Shown: positions 27,836-37,278 of the stretch, piece after piece
How positions within the stretch are numbered: position 1 is the stretch's first letter
Layout of the letters: each line of letters begins with the position of its first letter
Assembly: GCA_017533795.1 (NCBI GenBank)
Contig: JAFWIH010000018.1
Location: 9,105-73,104 of the forward strand
Length of the DNA stretch: 64,000 nucleotides
Direction: 5' to 3'
From: Clostridia bacterium
Lineage (GTDB): Bacteria > Bacillota > Clostridia > TANB77 > CAG-508
Notes under the pieces: generated by a model
The model's input: only the letters and a program-made list of their open reading frames with translations
Told to the model about the DNA's origin: nothing
Databases searched by the model: none
Made by a program: the position numbers and the translations under genes

Positions 27836-30800
27836 ATGCTAGAATTAAAAGACATAAAAAAAACATACGTATCAGGGGATGAAAAAGTAGAGGCTTTAAA
27901 GGGAATTAATTTAAAATTTAGAGAATCAGAATTTGTATCAATTTTAGGTGCGAGTGGTTGTGGTAAGACCACTTTATTAAACATTATAGGAGGATTAGAT
28001 AGGTACACATCTGGTGATTTAATAATAAATGGTAAGTCAACAAAAGACTTTAAAGATAGAGATTGGGATGCATATAGAAACTATAAAGTTGGCTTTGTAT
28101 TTCAAAGCTATAATTTAATAAGCCATCAAACAATTCTTTCAAATGTTGAACTTGCTTTAACAATAGGAGGAATATCTAAAAAGGAAAGAAAAGAAAGAGC
28201 AATAAAGGCATTAGAGGAAGTAGGTTTAAAAGAACAAATACACAAAAAACCAAATCAACTATCTGGTGGACAAATGCAAAGAGTTGCAATTGCAAGAGCT
28301 TTAGTTAATAATCCAGACATAATTTTAGCAGATGAACCAACAGGAGCATTAGACACAAAAACTAGTGTGCAAGTAATGGAAATTTTAAAGAAAATTTCAC
28401 AAGACAAATTAATTGTAATGGTTACACATAATCCAGATTTAGCAGAAAAATATTCAAGTAGAATAATAAGAATTTTAGACGGTAATATTACAGCAGATTC
28501 AAATCCTATTAATGAAGATGAAAAATTTGAGTACAAGCAGACAAATGAAATAGGAAAAACAAAAATGAAATTTTGGACTGCTTTTAGACTAAGTTTAAAC
28601 AACTTGCTTACCAAAAAAGGCAGGACAGTACTGGTTGCTTTTGCAGGCTCAATCGGGATAATAGGAATTGCTCTTGTCCAATCTGTCTCAAACGGATTTC
28701 AGGCATACGTAGATAAAATACAAGAAGATACTTTAACATCATATCCACTTACAATAATGCAAGAAAGTACCGATGTTGTAAGTGCGTTACTATCAATGGC
28801 AACTGAAGAAAAAGAAGAAAATGATTCAAATGAAATAAAAGAAGAACAGTATATATCTAAAATGCTAGATAGTTTAAGCACTAATGACCTAAAAAGTTTT
28901 AGAGATTATTATGAAGAACATTATAACGAAATAGAGCAAGATATTTCTTCAATAGATTATTCATATAGTGTGCAACCAATGATTTATACTGTTGATGCGA
29001 CCAAAAAACTTGCTAAAATAAATCCAAGTGATTTGTTTAGTTCATTTATGGGAGGCACTTCAAGTATTATGGGAGCTCAAGCATCTATTTTTGAGCAAAT
29101 GCTTGATGACAAAGAAAGCTTAAATGATTCATATGATGTTTTAGCTGGCAGATGGCCAGAAAATTATGATGAAATGATAATCTGTTTATCGGACAGAAAT
29201 AGCATATCAGACCTACTTGTATACTCTTTAGGACTAAGAAATACGGAGGAATTAACAGACATAGTTACAAAAATAATGAGTGGAGAACAGGTTGACTTAA
29301 AGAATGAACCAATGTCATTTTCATATGAAGATTTAATGAATGTAGAATTAAGATTATTAATGCCAACTGATTTATATAAATATAATGAAAGATATGATAT
29401 ATATGAAGACATGAGCAAAGATGATGCATACTTACAAGGACTATATGGCAATGCTGTAAAATTGAAAATTGTTGGTATAGTTACAGCAAAAGAAGGAGTA
29501 ACATCAGCAGCATTAGAACCTGGGGTATCATATACTGGCAAATTAATAGACTATATTATTGACTATTCATCTAAATCTACAATAGTAAAAAAACAACTAG
29601 AAAGTGATGAAGTAGATGTTATATCAGGCAAAAGATTTGACGCTAAGAAAAATGAGCTAGGTTTAAATTTTCAAGATTTAGTAAGCATTGATAGCAAAAA
29701 ACTTCAAAGTGCTTTTAATATAAATATAGACCAAAAATCAATAGAACAGCAAACAGCAGGATACATGACTGAAATATCAAATGCAATAACAACAGATATA
29801 GCACCTGCAAAACAAGCAATATTGAGTAACTTAAATGATTTTGCAAATGAAATGTTCAAAAGTATAAATGGAACAATAAGTATTTCTGAAATAGAAGAAT
29901 ACACCCAAAACTATTTAGAAAGTGCAGGACCTACGAATGCCTTGAATATACTTGAGGAACAGTATGTAGTACCAAAGGATGTATATAAAACTATGTATTC
30001 AGGTCTTTTAAAAGCATTATTACAGGTATATATAACAGGATATGTAGCAGTTGATCCATCACTTACAACAGACCCTGCCAATCCAACAGCAGCTGTAGTG
30101 GACAGTATGATTTCTCCTGTTATTACACAATATATAAATAGTGCAGCAATACAAGAAACTGCAAATAAAATGGCAAGTGGAATGACTGAGGCTGTTATGA
30201 AAAAAACTGTTTTAAGTAAAGTGGGTGAACTTACAGGAAGGCTTACACAAGAGTTTGCAAGTGCTTTTAATGTTGACCAAGAAAAAATAGCAAGTGCATT
30301 TCAGTTAAAAATAACTGAAGATGAAATAACAAGAATTGTTACTGCAATGATGACAGATAATGAGTCAAATGCAAAAACAAACCTAATTGCTCTAGGATAT
30401 CAAAACAAGGAAGAACCAACATATATATCATTTTACTTTAATAGTTTTGATGGAAAAGAACATTTTATAGATTTTATAAATAAATATAATGAAAAACAAG
30501 AAGCTGATGGTAATGAGGACAAAGTAATTAATTTTACAGACACAACAGGAATACTAATGGGTTCTGTAAAAACAATTGTAAATGCTGTAACATATGTACT
30601 GATTGCATTTATATCAATTTCACTTGTTGTTTCATCAATAATGATAGGAATAATAACATATATTTCTGTATATGAAAGAACAAAGGAAATAGGAATACTA
30701 AGAGCAATTGGAGCTTCAAAGCATAACATATCTTCAATATTTAATGCGGAAACATTTATAATTGGTTTGCTTTCTGGATTATTTGGAATAGGAGTTACAT

Positions 30801-30991
30801 ATGCGGTAATTCCAATAATAAATAAGGTATTACATGTATTTACAGGCAATATTCCACTTAATGCAACATTTTATCCACAAAATGCTGTAATTTTGGTAAT
30901 ACTTAGTGTGATTCTTACTTTAATTGGAGGACTAATTCCAGCAAGAGCAGCATCTAAAAAGGATCCAGTTATTGCATTAAGAACAGAATAG
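27836..30991 (+). CDS. fused ABC transporter ATP-binding protein / FtsX-type permease with a large extracytoplasmic domain
   Basis: 1051 aa. N-terminal [35 protein letters not shown]-terminal FtsX domain (ERTKEIGILRAIGASK...DPVIALRTE). Confidence 0.9.
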   Translation: MLELKDIKKTYVSGDEKVEALKGINLKFRESEFVSILGASGCGKTTLLNIIGGLDRYTSGDLIINGKSTKDFKDRDWDAYRNYKVGFVFQSYNLISHQTILSNVELALTIGGISKKERKERAIKALEEVGLKEQIHKKPNQLSGGQMQRVAIARALVNNPDIILADEPTGALDTKTSVQVMEILKKISQDKLIVMVTHNPDLAEKYSSRIIRILDGNITADSNPINEDEKFEYKQTNEIGKTKMKFWTAFRLSLNNLLTKKGRTVLVAFAGSIGIIGIALVQSVSNGFQAYVDKIQEDTLTSYPLTIMQESTDVVSALLSMATEEKEENDSNEIKEEQYISKMLDSLSTNDLKSFRDYYEEHYNEIEQDISSIDYSYSVQPMIYTVDATKKLAKINPSDLFSSFMGGTSSIMGAQASIFEQMLDDKESLNDSYDVLAGRWPENYDEMIICLSDRNSISDLLVYSLGLRNTEELTDIVTKIMSGEQVDLKNEPMSFSYEDLMNVELRLLMPTDLYKYNERYDIYEDMSKDDAYLQGLYGNAVKLKIVGIVTAKEGVTSAALEPGVSYTGKLIDYIIDYSSKSTIVKKQLESDEVDVISGKRFDAKKNELGLNFQDLVSIDSKKLQSAFNINIDQKSIEQQTAGYMTEISNAITTDIAPAKQAILSNLNDFANEMFKSINGTISISEIEEYTQNYLESAGPTNALNILEEQYVVPKDVYKTMYSGLLKALLQVYITGYVAVDPSLTTDPANPTAAVVDSMISPVITQYINSAAIQETANKMASGMTEAVMKKTVLSKVGELTGRLTQEFASAFNVDQEKIASAFQLKITEDEITRIVTAMMTDNESNAKTNLIALGYQNKEEPTYISFYFNSFDGKEHFIDFINKYNEKQEADGNEDKVINFTDTTGILMGSVKTIVNAVTYVLIAFISISLVVSSIMIGIITYISVYERTKEIGILRAIGASKHNISSIFNAETFIIGLLSGLFGIGVTYAVIPIINKVLHVFTGNIPLNATFYPQNAVILVILSVILTLIGGLIPARAASKKDPVIALRTE

Positions 30992-31000
30992 TGGTATAAT
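30972..31000 (+). promoter_or_regulatory. extended -10 promoter of ORF 31050..31364
   Basis: TTGCAT (inside the last codons of the ABC gene), 17 nt, TATAAT with an upstream TG (GTGGTATAAT). Confidence 0.6.
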
Positions 31001-31049
31001 ATAGTTATGTACTGTAGGAAGCCAGATTCAACAAAGGAGGAAACGCACC

Positions 31050-31364
31050 ATGAATACACTGGCTAACGGTCTTGGAAGAGCTTCTAAAGAGCTAATTCTC
31101 GGCGCAGACGAGGAGATCCTCGAAGGGGTTCGTGACTACTTTGCTCAAAAGGGGCAGAAAGTCGTCTTCGTATATGAAGATGATTGCCTCAAGGAGGACT
31201 GTGACGTCGTCATCTACCAGATTGACTGGGAGAAGGCGTCAGTGTATCTTTCTCCATTCAAGGCAGATGACTACTGTCCCAACGTAGTCATTGCACTTAA
31301 CTGCCTTTCGGCAGAGCAGGTTATTGATCAGATTTGTGGATTTTTGGAGGCGATTAACTTCTAA
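31050..31364 (+). CDS. hypothetical acidic protein (104 aa), compositionally foreign
   Basis: Extended -10 promoter at 30972..31000, aaaggagg RBS, hairpin terminator. 48 G+C in the first 100 nt by hand count. No family recognised. Confidence 0.6.
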   Translation: MNTLANGLGRASKELILGADEEILEGVRDYFAQKGQKVVFVYEDDCLKEDCDVVIYQIDWEKASVYLSPFKADDYCPNVVIALNCLSAEQVIDQICGFLEAINF

Positions 31365-31388
31365 ATAAAAGTACTTTCCAAGACCAAA

Positions 31389-31440
31389 AGAGTAGCTCTT
31401 AGTATGGTTTAATAACCTGCTTCGAGCTACTCTGTTTTAT
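31389..31440 (+). terminator. hairpin terminator of ORF 31050..31364 with a 25-nt loop
   Basis: AGAGTAGCTC (31389..31398) / GAGCTACTCT (31424..31433), then GTTTTAT. Confidence 0.6.
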
Positions 31441-31452
31441 ATATTAACTAAT

Positions 31453-31504
31453 AAAAAAGTAGCATCGCTTGAGTTAGGTTATTAAACCATACTAAAGCGA
31501 TGCT
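31453..31504 (-). terminator. hairpin terminator of the TMK-like gene with a 24-nt loop
   Basis: AGCATCGCTT (31461..31470) / AAGCGATGCT (31495..31504). T-run on the minus strand (plus-strand AAAAAA at 31454..31459). Confidence 0.6.
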
Positions 31505-31527
31505 TTTTGGTAGTTCTGGACTATGAG

Positions 31528-32211
31528 CTAGAACTCAATGGCATTAAGCCAGAGCTTTGCCTGCTCATAGGTGCCCTCAATTGACATCCAGGTTGTGTCA
31601 ATGAGGAAGTTCTTGCAGCCCTGGAAGGCAGCAAGATCTGGGTTGCCGGCAAACAGTTCGTTAAAACCACGACGGGTTTCAAGTTCCTGAGTATGAATGT
31701 ACTCAGGATACTCGAACTTGTCTGCATCAGGGTCGTCCTTAATCCTGTCATAAGCGACAGGAGAAGCACATACCAGGTGGATCATTGCATCACACTTCGG
31801 AAGCAATTGAACCTGGTTCAGCTGAGCAATTTCTGCATAGCTGAATCCCTGCACAGCTCCATGGACGAAGCTGTCAAACCAACCACGCTGGCTGATAACC
31901 AAATCGTACTCGTCAAGCCACTCTTCCAGCTGGGCTGCGAAGATGTGGTTGTCGAGAGCGAAGAGGAGCCTGTCCGAATAGCTCAGCTTGAGCTTCGGAA
32001 GCACCTCAACACCAAGGTGCTTGTCATACGGCAGATGTGCCGTCTTGACCTTAAGCCCCTGTGCACGGTAGTACTCTGCCAAAGACTCAACCAAGTGAGT
32101 CTTTCCAGACCCATCGAGACCAGTTACTACTAGCCACTTACCCTTACTCATGTTGACCTCCTTGTCATCAAGGGCGATATTCATAAAACTACCATTAGCC
32201 AGATTCTTCAT
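31528..32211 (-). CDS. divergent thymidylate-kinase-like P-loop protein, compositionally foreign
   Basis: TGLDGSGKTH P-loop. SDRLLFALDNHIFAAQLEEWL..YDLVISQRGWFDSFVHGAVQG parallels the TMK LLFAADR...DRY..S..AYQ region, but with the DRY and TREPGG positions substituted. Two candidate starts each have an SD: 32211 (MKNLANG, homologous to the start of the convergent gene) and 32151 (MSKGKW). Confidence 0.65.
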   Translation of the reverse strand: MKNLANGSFMNIALDDKEVNMSKGKWLVVTGLDGSGKTHLVESLAEYYRAQGLKVKTAHLPYDKHLGVEVLPKLKLSYSDRLLFALDNHIFAAQLEEWLDEYDLVISQRGWFDSFVHGAVQGFSYAEIAQLNQVQLLPKCDAMIHLVCASPVAYDRIKDDPDADKFEYPEYIHTQELETRRGFNELFAGNPDLAAFQGCKNFLIDTTWMSIEGTYEQAKLWLNAIEF

Positions 32212-32265
32212 GATGTCTCCTTTCATGCTGCGTTTATACTGGCTTGCAAAACATTGCATACTATA

Positions 32266-32294
32266 ATTATACCACAAAATTATGTAAATGTAAA
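32266..32294 (-). promoter_or_regulatory. extended -10 promoter of the TMK-like gene
   Basis: Minus strand: TTTACA, 17 nt, TATAAT, preceded by GTGG (GTGGTATAAT). This is identical to the 10-mer at 30991..31000. Confidence 0.6.
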
Positions 32295-32368
32295 ATTACA
32301 CATTGGTTTATAAGTCTTGAAAATCAATAAAAAAATATATATAATATAAAAAAAGTGGGAGGTATATT

Positions 32369-33244
32369 ATGATAGATTTACATATGCATACATCTTATTC
32401 AGATGGAACAGATTCATTAACAGAAATACTACAAAACTGTGAAAAAAAACAATTATCTGTAATATCTATTACAGATCATAACAATTGTGATGCTTATTTT
32501 GAAATGGAGAAATTAAAAATTTCTGATTATTATTCTGGGAAAATAATACCTGGAATTGAGCTAAATACAAAAGCAGATGGTGTCCCAATTGAAATATTAG
32601 GATACAACATAAATTACAAAATAATGAATGAACTTGCAAAAGAAGTGTATCTTTCACCAGATAAAAGAAATGAATTAGAATTTGAAAGGTTAGTAAAAAA
32701 ATGTAAAGATTATGGCATTGTTTTAGATGAAGATGTATTAGAACAATTTGATAAAAATGATTTTGCTTCAGTTGCAATTCATAAAAGTATAACAAATCAT
32801 CTAGAGAATAAAGCCAAAATAAATGAAAGATCATGGAATAGTAGTAGAGATTTTTATAGAGATTATATGTCAAATCCAAATACTCCATTATATGTTGAAA
32901 TGGAAGATTTGGTTCCAGATTTAGATACTGCTATAAATATAGTAAAAAAAGCAGGAGGACTAGTGTTTATACCACATATCTATGAGTATAGAGACAACAC
33001 TCCAAAAGTATTAGAGTATATTTTAAATAATGGAAGACTAGATGGAATAGAATGTTATTATACAACATTTACAGAAGAACAACATGAGTATATTTTAAAT
33101 TTGACAAAAGGAAAAAATCTATATATTTCTGGTGGCTCAGATTATCATGGAAAAAGAAAACCAGATACCGATCTAGGCATTGGACATGGAAATTTAAATA
33201 TTCCAAAAGAAATACAGGAACCATGGGCAAAGTATATAAATTAA
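32369..33244 (+). CDS. PHP-domain phosphoesterase
   Basis: MIDLHMHTSYSDGT N-terminal PHP motif. GGSDYHG near the C-terminus. Confidence 0.85.
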   Translation: MIDLHMHTSYSDGTDSLTEILQNCEKKQLSVISITDHNNCDAYFEMEKLKISDYYSGKIIPGIELNTKADGVPIEILGYNINYKIMNELAKEVYLSPDKRNELEFERLVKKCKDYGIVLDEDVLEQFDKNDFASVAIHKSITNHLENKAKINERSWNSSRDFYRDYMSNPNTPLYVEMEDLVPDLDTAINIVKKAGGLVFIPHIYEYRDNTPKVLEYILNNGRLDGIECYYTTFTEEQHEYILNLTKGKNLYISGGSDYHGKRKPDTDLGIGHGNLNIPKEIQEPWAKYIN

Positions 33245-33334
33245 CAGAAAAAATAAAAACTGACCACTGAGTATAATGACTTTTTTTTACTTAAAGTATA
33301 TAATATGGAAAAAAGTTAAGGAGCATGTGGAATA

Positions 33335-35062
33335 ATGAAAAAGGTTAAAGAGCTTGAGGCTATAGAATTTAATAATATTAAAGAAATTATTTATAATTCT
33401 GCAAAAAAATATAACGAAAAAACAGCATTTATAATAAAGAATAAAAAAGGAAAAGAAATAAGTTACACTAATGTAAGTTATATGGATTTTTTAGATGACG
33501 TAAATAATTATGGTACAGGACTATATGCTATGGGACTAAAAGGAAAGAGAATTGCTATAGTTGGAAAGAATAGATATGAATGGGTTTTATCATATATAAG
33601 CAATATGCTAGGTAGAATAGTATCTGTTCCACTTGATAAAGACCTACAATTAGAAGAATTAGAAAATTCATTAGTAAGAAGTAAAGCAGATGCAATAGTT
33701 TTTGATCCTAAATTGCTTAAAGAAGTAGAGCAAATAAAACAAAATAATAAAACTCAAATTAAAGAGTATATCTGCATGGATAGCATAGAAGGATATAAAA
33801 ATGTACATGAAATAAAAGAACAAGGAAAAGAAAAATTAAAACAGGGATATACAGATTTTAAAGATTGTAAAATAGATGAAAAAGAAATGAGTATATTATT
33901 GTTTACGTCTGGAACAACCTCAAAATCAAAAGCAGTAATGTTATGTCAAAAAAATATTGCGTCAAATATTTATGCAATGCAATGTGTAGAGGATGTAAGA
34001 AGCACTGATACTAATATGGCTTTTTTACCATTACATCATATTTTTGGTTCTGTTGGGTTATTAATGATGTTAGCCTGTGGAGTAACTACAGCATTTCCTG
34101 ATGGCTTAAGATATGTAAAGCAAAATATGCAAGAGTATAAGGTATCTATTTTTGTGGTAGTTCCATTATTAACAGAAGCTATTTATAAAGCAGTATTAAA
34201 AGAGATAGACAGACAAGGAAAAACAAAATTAATTAATGTTGTTATAAAAGTTAGTAATTTATTAAGGAAGTTACATATAGACATTAGAAGAAAACTATTC
34301 AAGCAAGTGCTAGAAGGACTAGGAGGAGAATTACGACTAATAATATCTGGCGGGGCTGCTGCAGATCCGGAAGTAATAAAAGGGTTTAGTAACTTTGGAG
34401 TAGAAACTGTTCAAGGGTACGGATTAAGTGAAACAGGTCCTGTTATTGCTGCAGAAAATTACTTTTATCAAAGACCAGGCTCAGTTGGCAAAACATTAAA
34501 AAATGTTAAAGTAGAAATAGCAAATAAAGATGAAAAAGGTATTGGAGAAATAAAAGTAAAAGGCCCTAATATAATGCTTGGGTACTATGAGATGGAAGAC
34601 TTAACAAAGGAGTCAATACGTGATGGCTGGTTTTATACTGGGGACTTAGGATATTTTGATAACGAAGGATTTTTATTTATTTCAGGAAGGAATAAAAACT
34701 TAATTGTTTTAAAAAATGGCAAAAAAGTATTTCCAGAAGAATTAGAAACTCTTATAAATAGATTGGAACTAGTTAGTGAATGTATGGTTTTTGGAATGCC
34801 AAACGAAAATGATAAAAATGATGTAAAACTTTCGGTAAAAGTAGTATATGATGACGAAATTATTAAGGAAAAATATAGCAAAAATAGTGATGATGAATTA
34901 TATGATGCACTATGGAACGAAATAAAAGAAATAAATGCAACATTTCCAAGATATAAACATGTTAAGAATTTAATTGTATCACATGAAGAACTAATTAAAA
35001 CAACAACTAAAAAAGTTAAAAGATTTGAAGAATTAGAAAGAATCCTAAAGACAAGTAAATAG
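33335..35062 (+). CDS. AMP-dependent long-chain acyl-CoA synthetase (FadD-like), paralog 3
   Basis: LFTSGTTSKSKAVMLC, GYGLSETGP, TGDLGYFDNEGF. Colinear with 20410..22143. Confidence 0.85.
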   Translation: MKKVKELEAIEFNNIKEIIYNSAKKYNEKTAFIIKNKKGKEISYTNVSYMDFLDDVNNYGTGLYAMGLKGKRIAIVGKNRYEWVLSYISNMLGRIVSVPLDKDLQLEELENSLVRSKADAIVFDPKLLKEVEQIKQNNKTQIKEYICMDSIEGYKNVHEIKEQGKEKLKQGYTDFKDCKIDEKEMSILLFTSGTTSKSKAVMLCQKNIASNIYAMQCVEDVRSTDTNMAFLPLHHIFGSVGLLMMLACGVTTAFPDGLRYVKQNMQEYKVSIFVVVPLLTEAIYKAVLKEIDRQGKTKLINVVIKVSNLLRKLHIDIRRKLFKQVLEGLGGELRLIISGGAAADPEVIKGFSNFGVETVQGYGLSETGPVIAAENYFYQRPGSVGKTLKNVKVEIANKDEKGIGEIKVKGPNIMLGYYEMEDLTKESIRDGWFYTGDLGYFDNEGFLFISGRNKNLIVLKNGKKVFPEELETLINRLELVSECMVFGMPNENDKNDVKLSVKVVYDDEIIKEKYSKNSDDELYDALWNEIKEINATFPRYKHVKNLIVSHEELIKTTTKKVKRFEELERILKTSK

Positions 35063-35101
35063 TTTTATGCTATAATGGTGGCGAAAGGTTGGTATGCCAC
35101 T

Positions 35102-35671
35102 ATGAATAAAACAAAAAGAAGAATTTTTAGTACAGCTATAAAACTATTTGCAGAAAAAGGGTTTGACAATGCTGGAATAGAAGAAATAACAGCAGTAGCA
35201 GGTGTTGCAAAAGGGTCATTATATTATCATTTTGAAACGAAAGAAGAGCTTTTTGATTTGTTACTTGAAGAGGGATTAAAACTTTTAAAAAATAGTATAG
35301 AAATAAAATTTAAATCTTGTGAAAATGCACTAGATAAATTAAAAGCAATAATTATGATTCAAATAAAATCAATTATTCGTTATACAGACTTTGTAACCGT
35401 AGTTATAAATAATATTATAGGTGAAACAGCTAGAACCAAAAAATGTCAAAAAGCAATGGAAGAATATGTTGAAATAATAAAAGATGTTATAGATGAAGGC
35501 ATAAAAGAAGATATTTTTTATGAGGGAGATACTCTTGGAATAGCTTATGGAATATTAGGAGTAAACTTTTCAAGTATGCTATACAGAATAAAAAAGGAAG
35601 GTAATGTAACACCAGAACAAATATATAAAAGTTATATAGAAATAGTAATTAGAGGTATAACTAAAGTATAA
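35102..35671 (+). CDS. TetR/AcrR family transcriptional regulator
   Basis: RRIFSTAIKLFAEKGFDNAGIEEITAVAGVAKGSLYYHF is a canonical TetR HTH. Confidence 0.9.
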   Translation: MNKTKRRIFSTAIKLFAEKGFDNAGIEEITAVAGVAKGSLYYHFETKEELFDLLLEEGLKLLKNSIEIKFKSCENALDKLKAIIMIQIKSIIRYTDFVTVVINNIIGETARTKKCQKAMEEYVEIIKDVIDEGIKEDIFYEGDTLGIAYGILGVNFSSMLYRIKKEGNVTPEQIYKSYIEIVIRGITKV

Positions 35672-35701
35672 TCTGGAAATATTTAACTAGGGGTAATTAA
35701 A

Positions 35702-36376
35702 ATGAAAAGGATTAAACTCTGCGACAGAGTAATGCCAACATACACAAAGGGCGAAGAAATATTTAATATGGTATCGCATATAATTGGGGGAGCTTTGGGA
35801 ATAGCTGCAACTGCATTATGTGTTATCTTTGCTTCTGTTCATCATAATGTATATGGGATTATATCTGGAGCAGTTTATGGAGTAACTGTTATTTTATTAT
35901 ATACAATGTCAAGTATATATCATGGGTTAAAAGCCAATACCACATCCAAAAAAGTGTTTCAAGTAATAGACCACTGCACAATATTTATACTAATTGCAGG
36001 TTCATATACACCATTTGCATTATGTACAATTAGAGAGTATAATACAGCTCTTGGATGGACGTTATTTGGCATTATATGGGGGTTAGCTTGTATTGGAATA
36101 GCTTTAAATTCTATAGACTTAAAAAGATACAAGGTATTTTCAATGATATGCTATTTAGCAATGGGATGGTGCATTGTAATAAAAATAAAATTAATTCTTG
36201 AACTTTTAGGAATGACTGGATTTTTACTATTATTATCAGGTGGAATAGTCTATACAATTGGAGCAATTTTTTATGGACTTGGAAAGAAATACAAATATAT
36301 GCATTCAGTATTTCATGTATTAATAATAATCGCAAGCAGTTTACAATTTTTTAGTATTTTACTATATGTAATGTAA
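35702..36376 (+). CDS. hemolysin III / PAQR family membrane protein
   Basis: Seven TM helices. SSIYH, DH..IF and HVFHV motifs. Confidence 0.85.
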   Translation: MKRIKLCDRVMPTYTKGEEIFNMVSHIIGGALGIAATALCVIFASVHHNVYGIISGAVYGVTVILLYTMSSIYHGLKANTTSKKVFQVIDHCTIFILIAGSYTPFALCTIREYNTALGWTLFGIIWGLACIGIALNSIDLKRYKVFSMICYLAMGWCIVIKIKLILELLGMTGFLLLLSGGIVYTIGAIFYGLGKKYKYMHSVFHVLIIIASSLQFFSILLYVM

Positions 36377-36392
36377 AAAGGGAGGAAAAAAG

Positions 36393-37250
36393 ATGACTCA
36401 AGCAGATAAACATTTTATTGAAACATGTAAAAGAATTTTAAATGAAGGCTATTCTTCAGAAGGTACAGGAGTTAGAACTAGATGGGAAGATGGAAAAGAA
36501 GCAAATTATATTTCTGTATTTGGAGTACAAAACGTATACGATGTAGAAAAAGAATTTCCAATGATTACACTTAGAAACAATAGTAAAACTGTAATTAGAG
36601 CAATTGACGAAATTCTATGGATTTGGCAAAAAAAATCAAATAAAGTTAGTGATTTGAATTCACATATATGGGACCAATGGGCAGGGCAAGATGGGACAAT
36701 AGGAAAAGCATATGGATATCAATTTGCAAAGAAATATGACTTTAAAACAAAAGATGGAATAAAAAAGATGGACCAAGTTGATTATGTTTTGTATTTATTA
36801 AAAAATGATCCTGCAAGCAGAAGAATACTTACAAACTTATTCAACCATGAAGAATTAAAAGATATGAATTTGGAACCATGTGCATATGGTACACAGTGGT
36901 CGGTAAAAGAAGGAAAACTACATCTTATACTAAATCAACGTTCACAAGATATGTTAGCTGCAAATGGATGGAACACGATGCAGTATGCAGCTTTACTTTG
37001 TATGTTTGCTCAAGTTTGTGGGCTTAAAGCTGGCACATTAGTACATAATATTGGAGATTGTCATATATACGATAGACATGTTCCACTAATAAAAAAACTG
37101 ATTGAAGCAGAACCTGTAGATTGCAACCCAAAACTAATAATTAATAATCCAACAAAGAACTTTTACGATTTTAATGTTGAAGATTTTGAAATAAAAGATT
37201 ACAATTATAATAAGGAAATAAAACTTGGAAAAATACCAGTTGCAATTTAA
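36393..37250 (+). CDS. thyA: thymidylate synthase (B. subtilis ThyA-like type)
   Basis: SRRILTNLFN, LEPCAYGTQWSVKEGKLHLILNQRSQDM, HIYDRH motifs. Confidence 0.9.
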   Translation: MTQADKHFIETCKRILNEGYSSEGTGVRTRWEDGKEANYISVFGVQNVYDVEKEFPMITLRNNSKTVIRAIDEILWIWQKKSNKVSDLNSHIWDQWAGQDGTIGKAYGYQFAKKYDFKTKDGIKKMDQVDYVLYLLKNDPASRRILTNLFNHEELKDMNLEPCAYGTQWSVKEGKLHLILNQRSQDMLAANGWNTMQYAALLCMFAQVCGLKAGTLVHNIGDCHIYDRHVPLIKKLIEAEPVDCNPKLIINNPTKNFYDFNVEDFEIKDYNYNKEIKLGKIPVAI

Positions 37251-37278
37251 AAAATATATAATGCAAGGAGTAAAATAT

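Noticed and set aside
31693-32133. 146-aa plus-strand ORF inside the foreign island.
   Set aside because: It is antisense to the frame carrying a clear P-loop and TMK-like motifs. It has no SD or promoter and no recognisable motifs.
31050-32211. Epsilon/zeta-type toxin-antitoxin reading of the small acidic protein plus P-loop kinase.
   Set aside because: The genes are convergent with separate promoters rather than forming an operon. The kinase also resembles thymidylate kinase (LLFALD...ISQRG) more than zeta toxins. This cannot be excluded without structure or homology searches.
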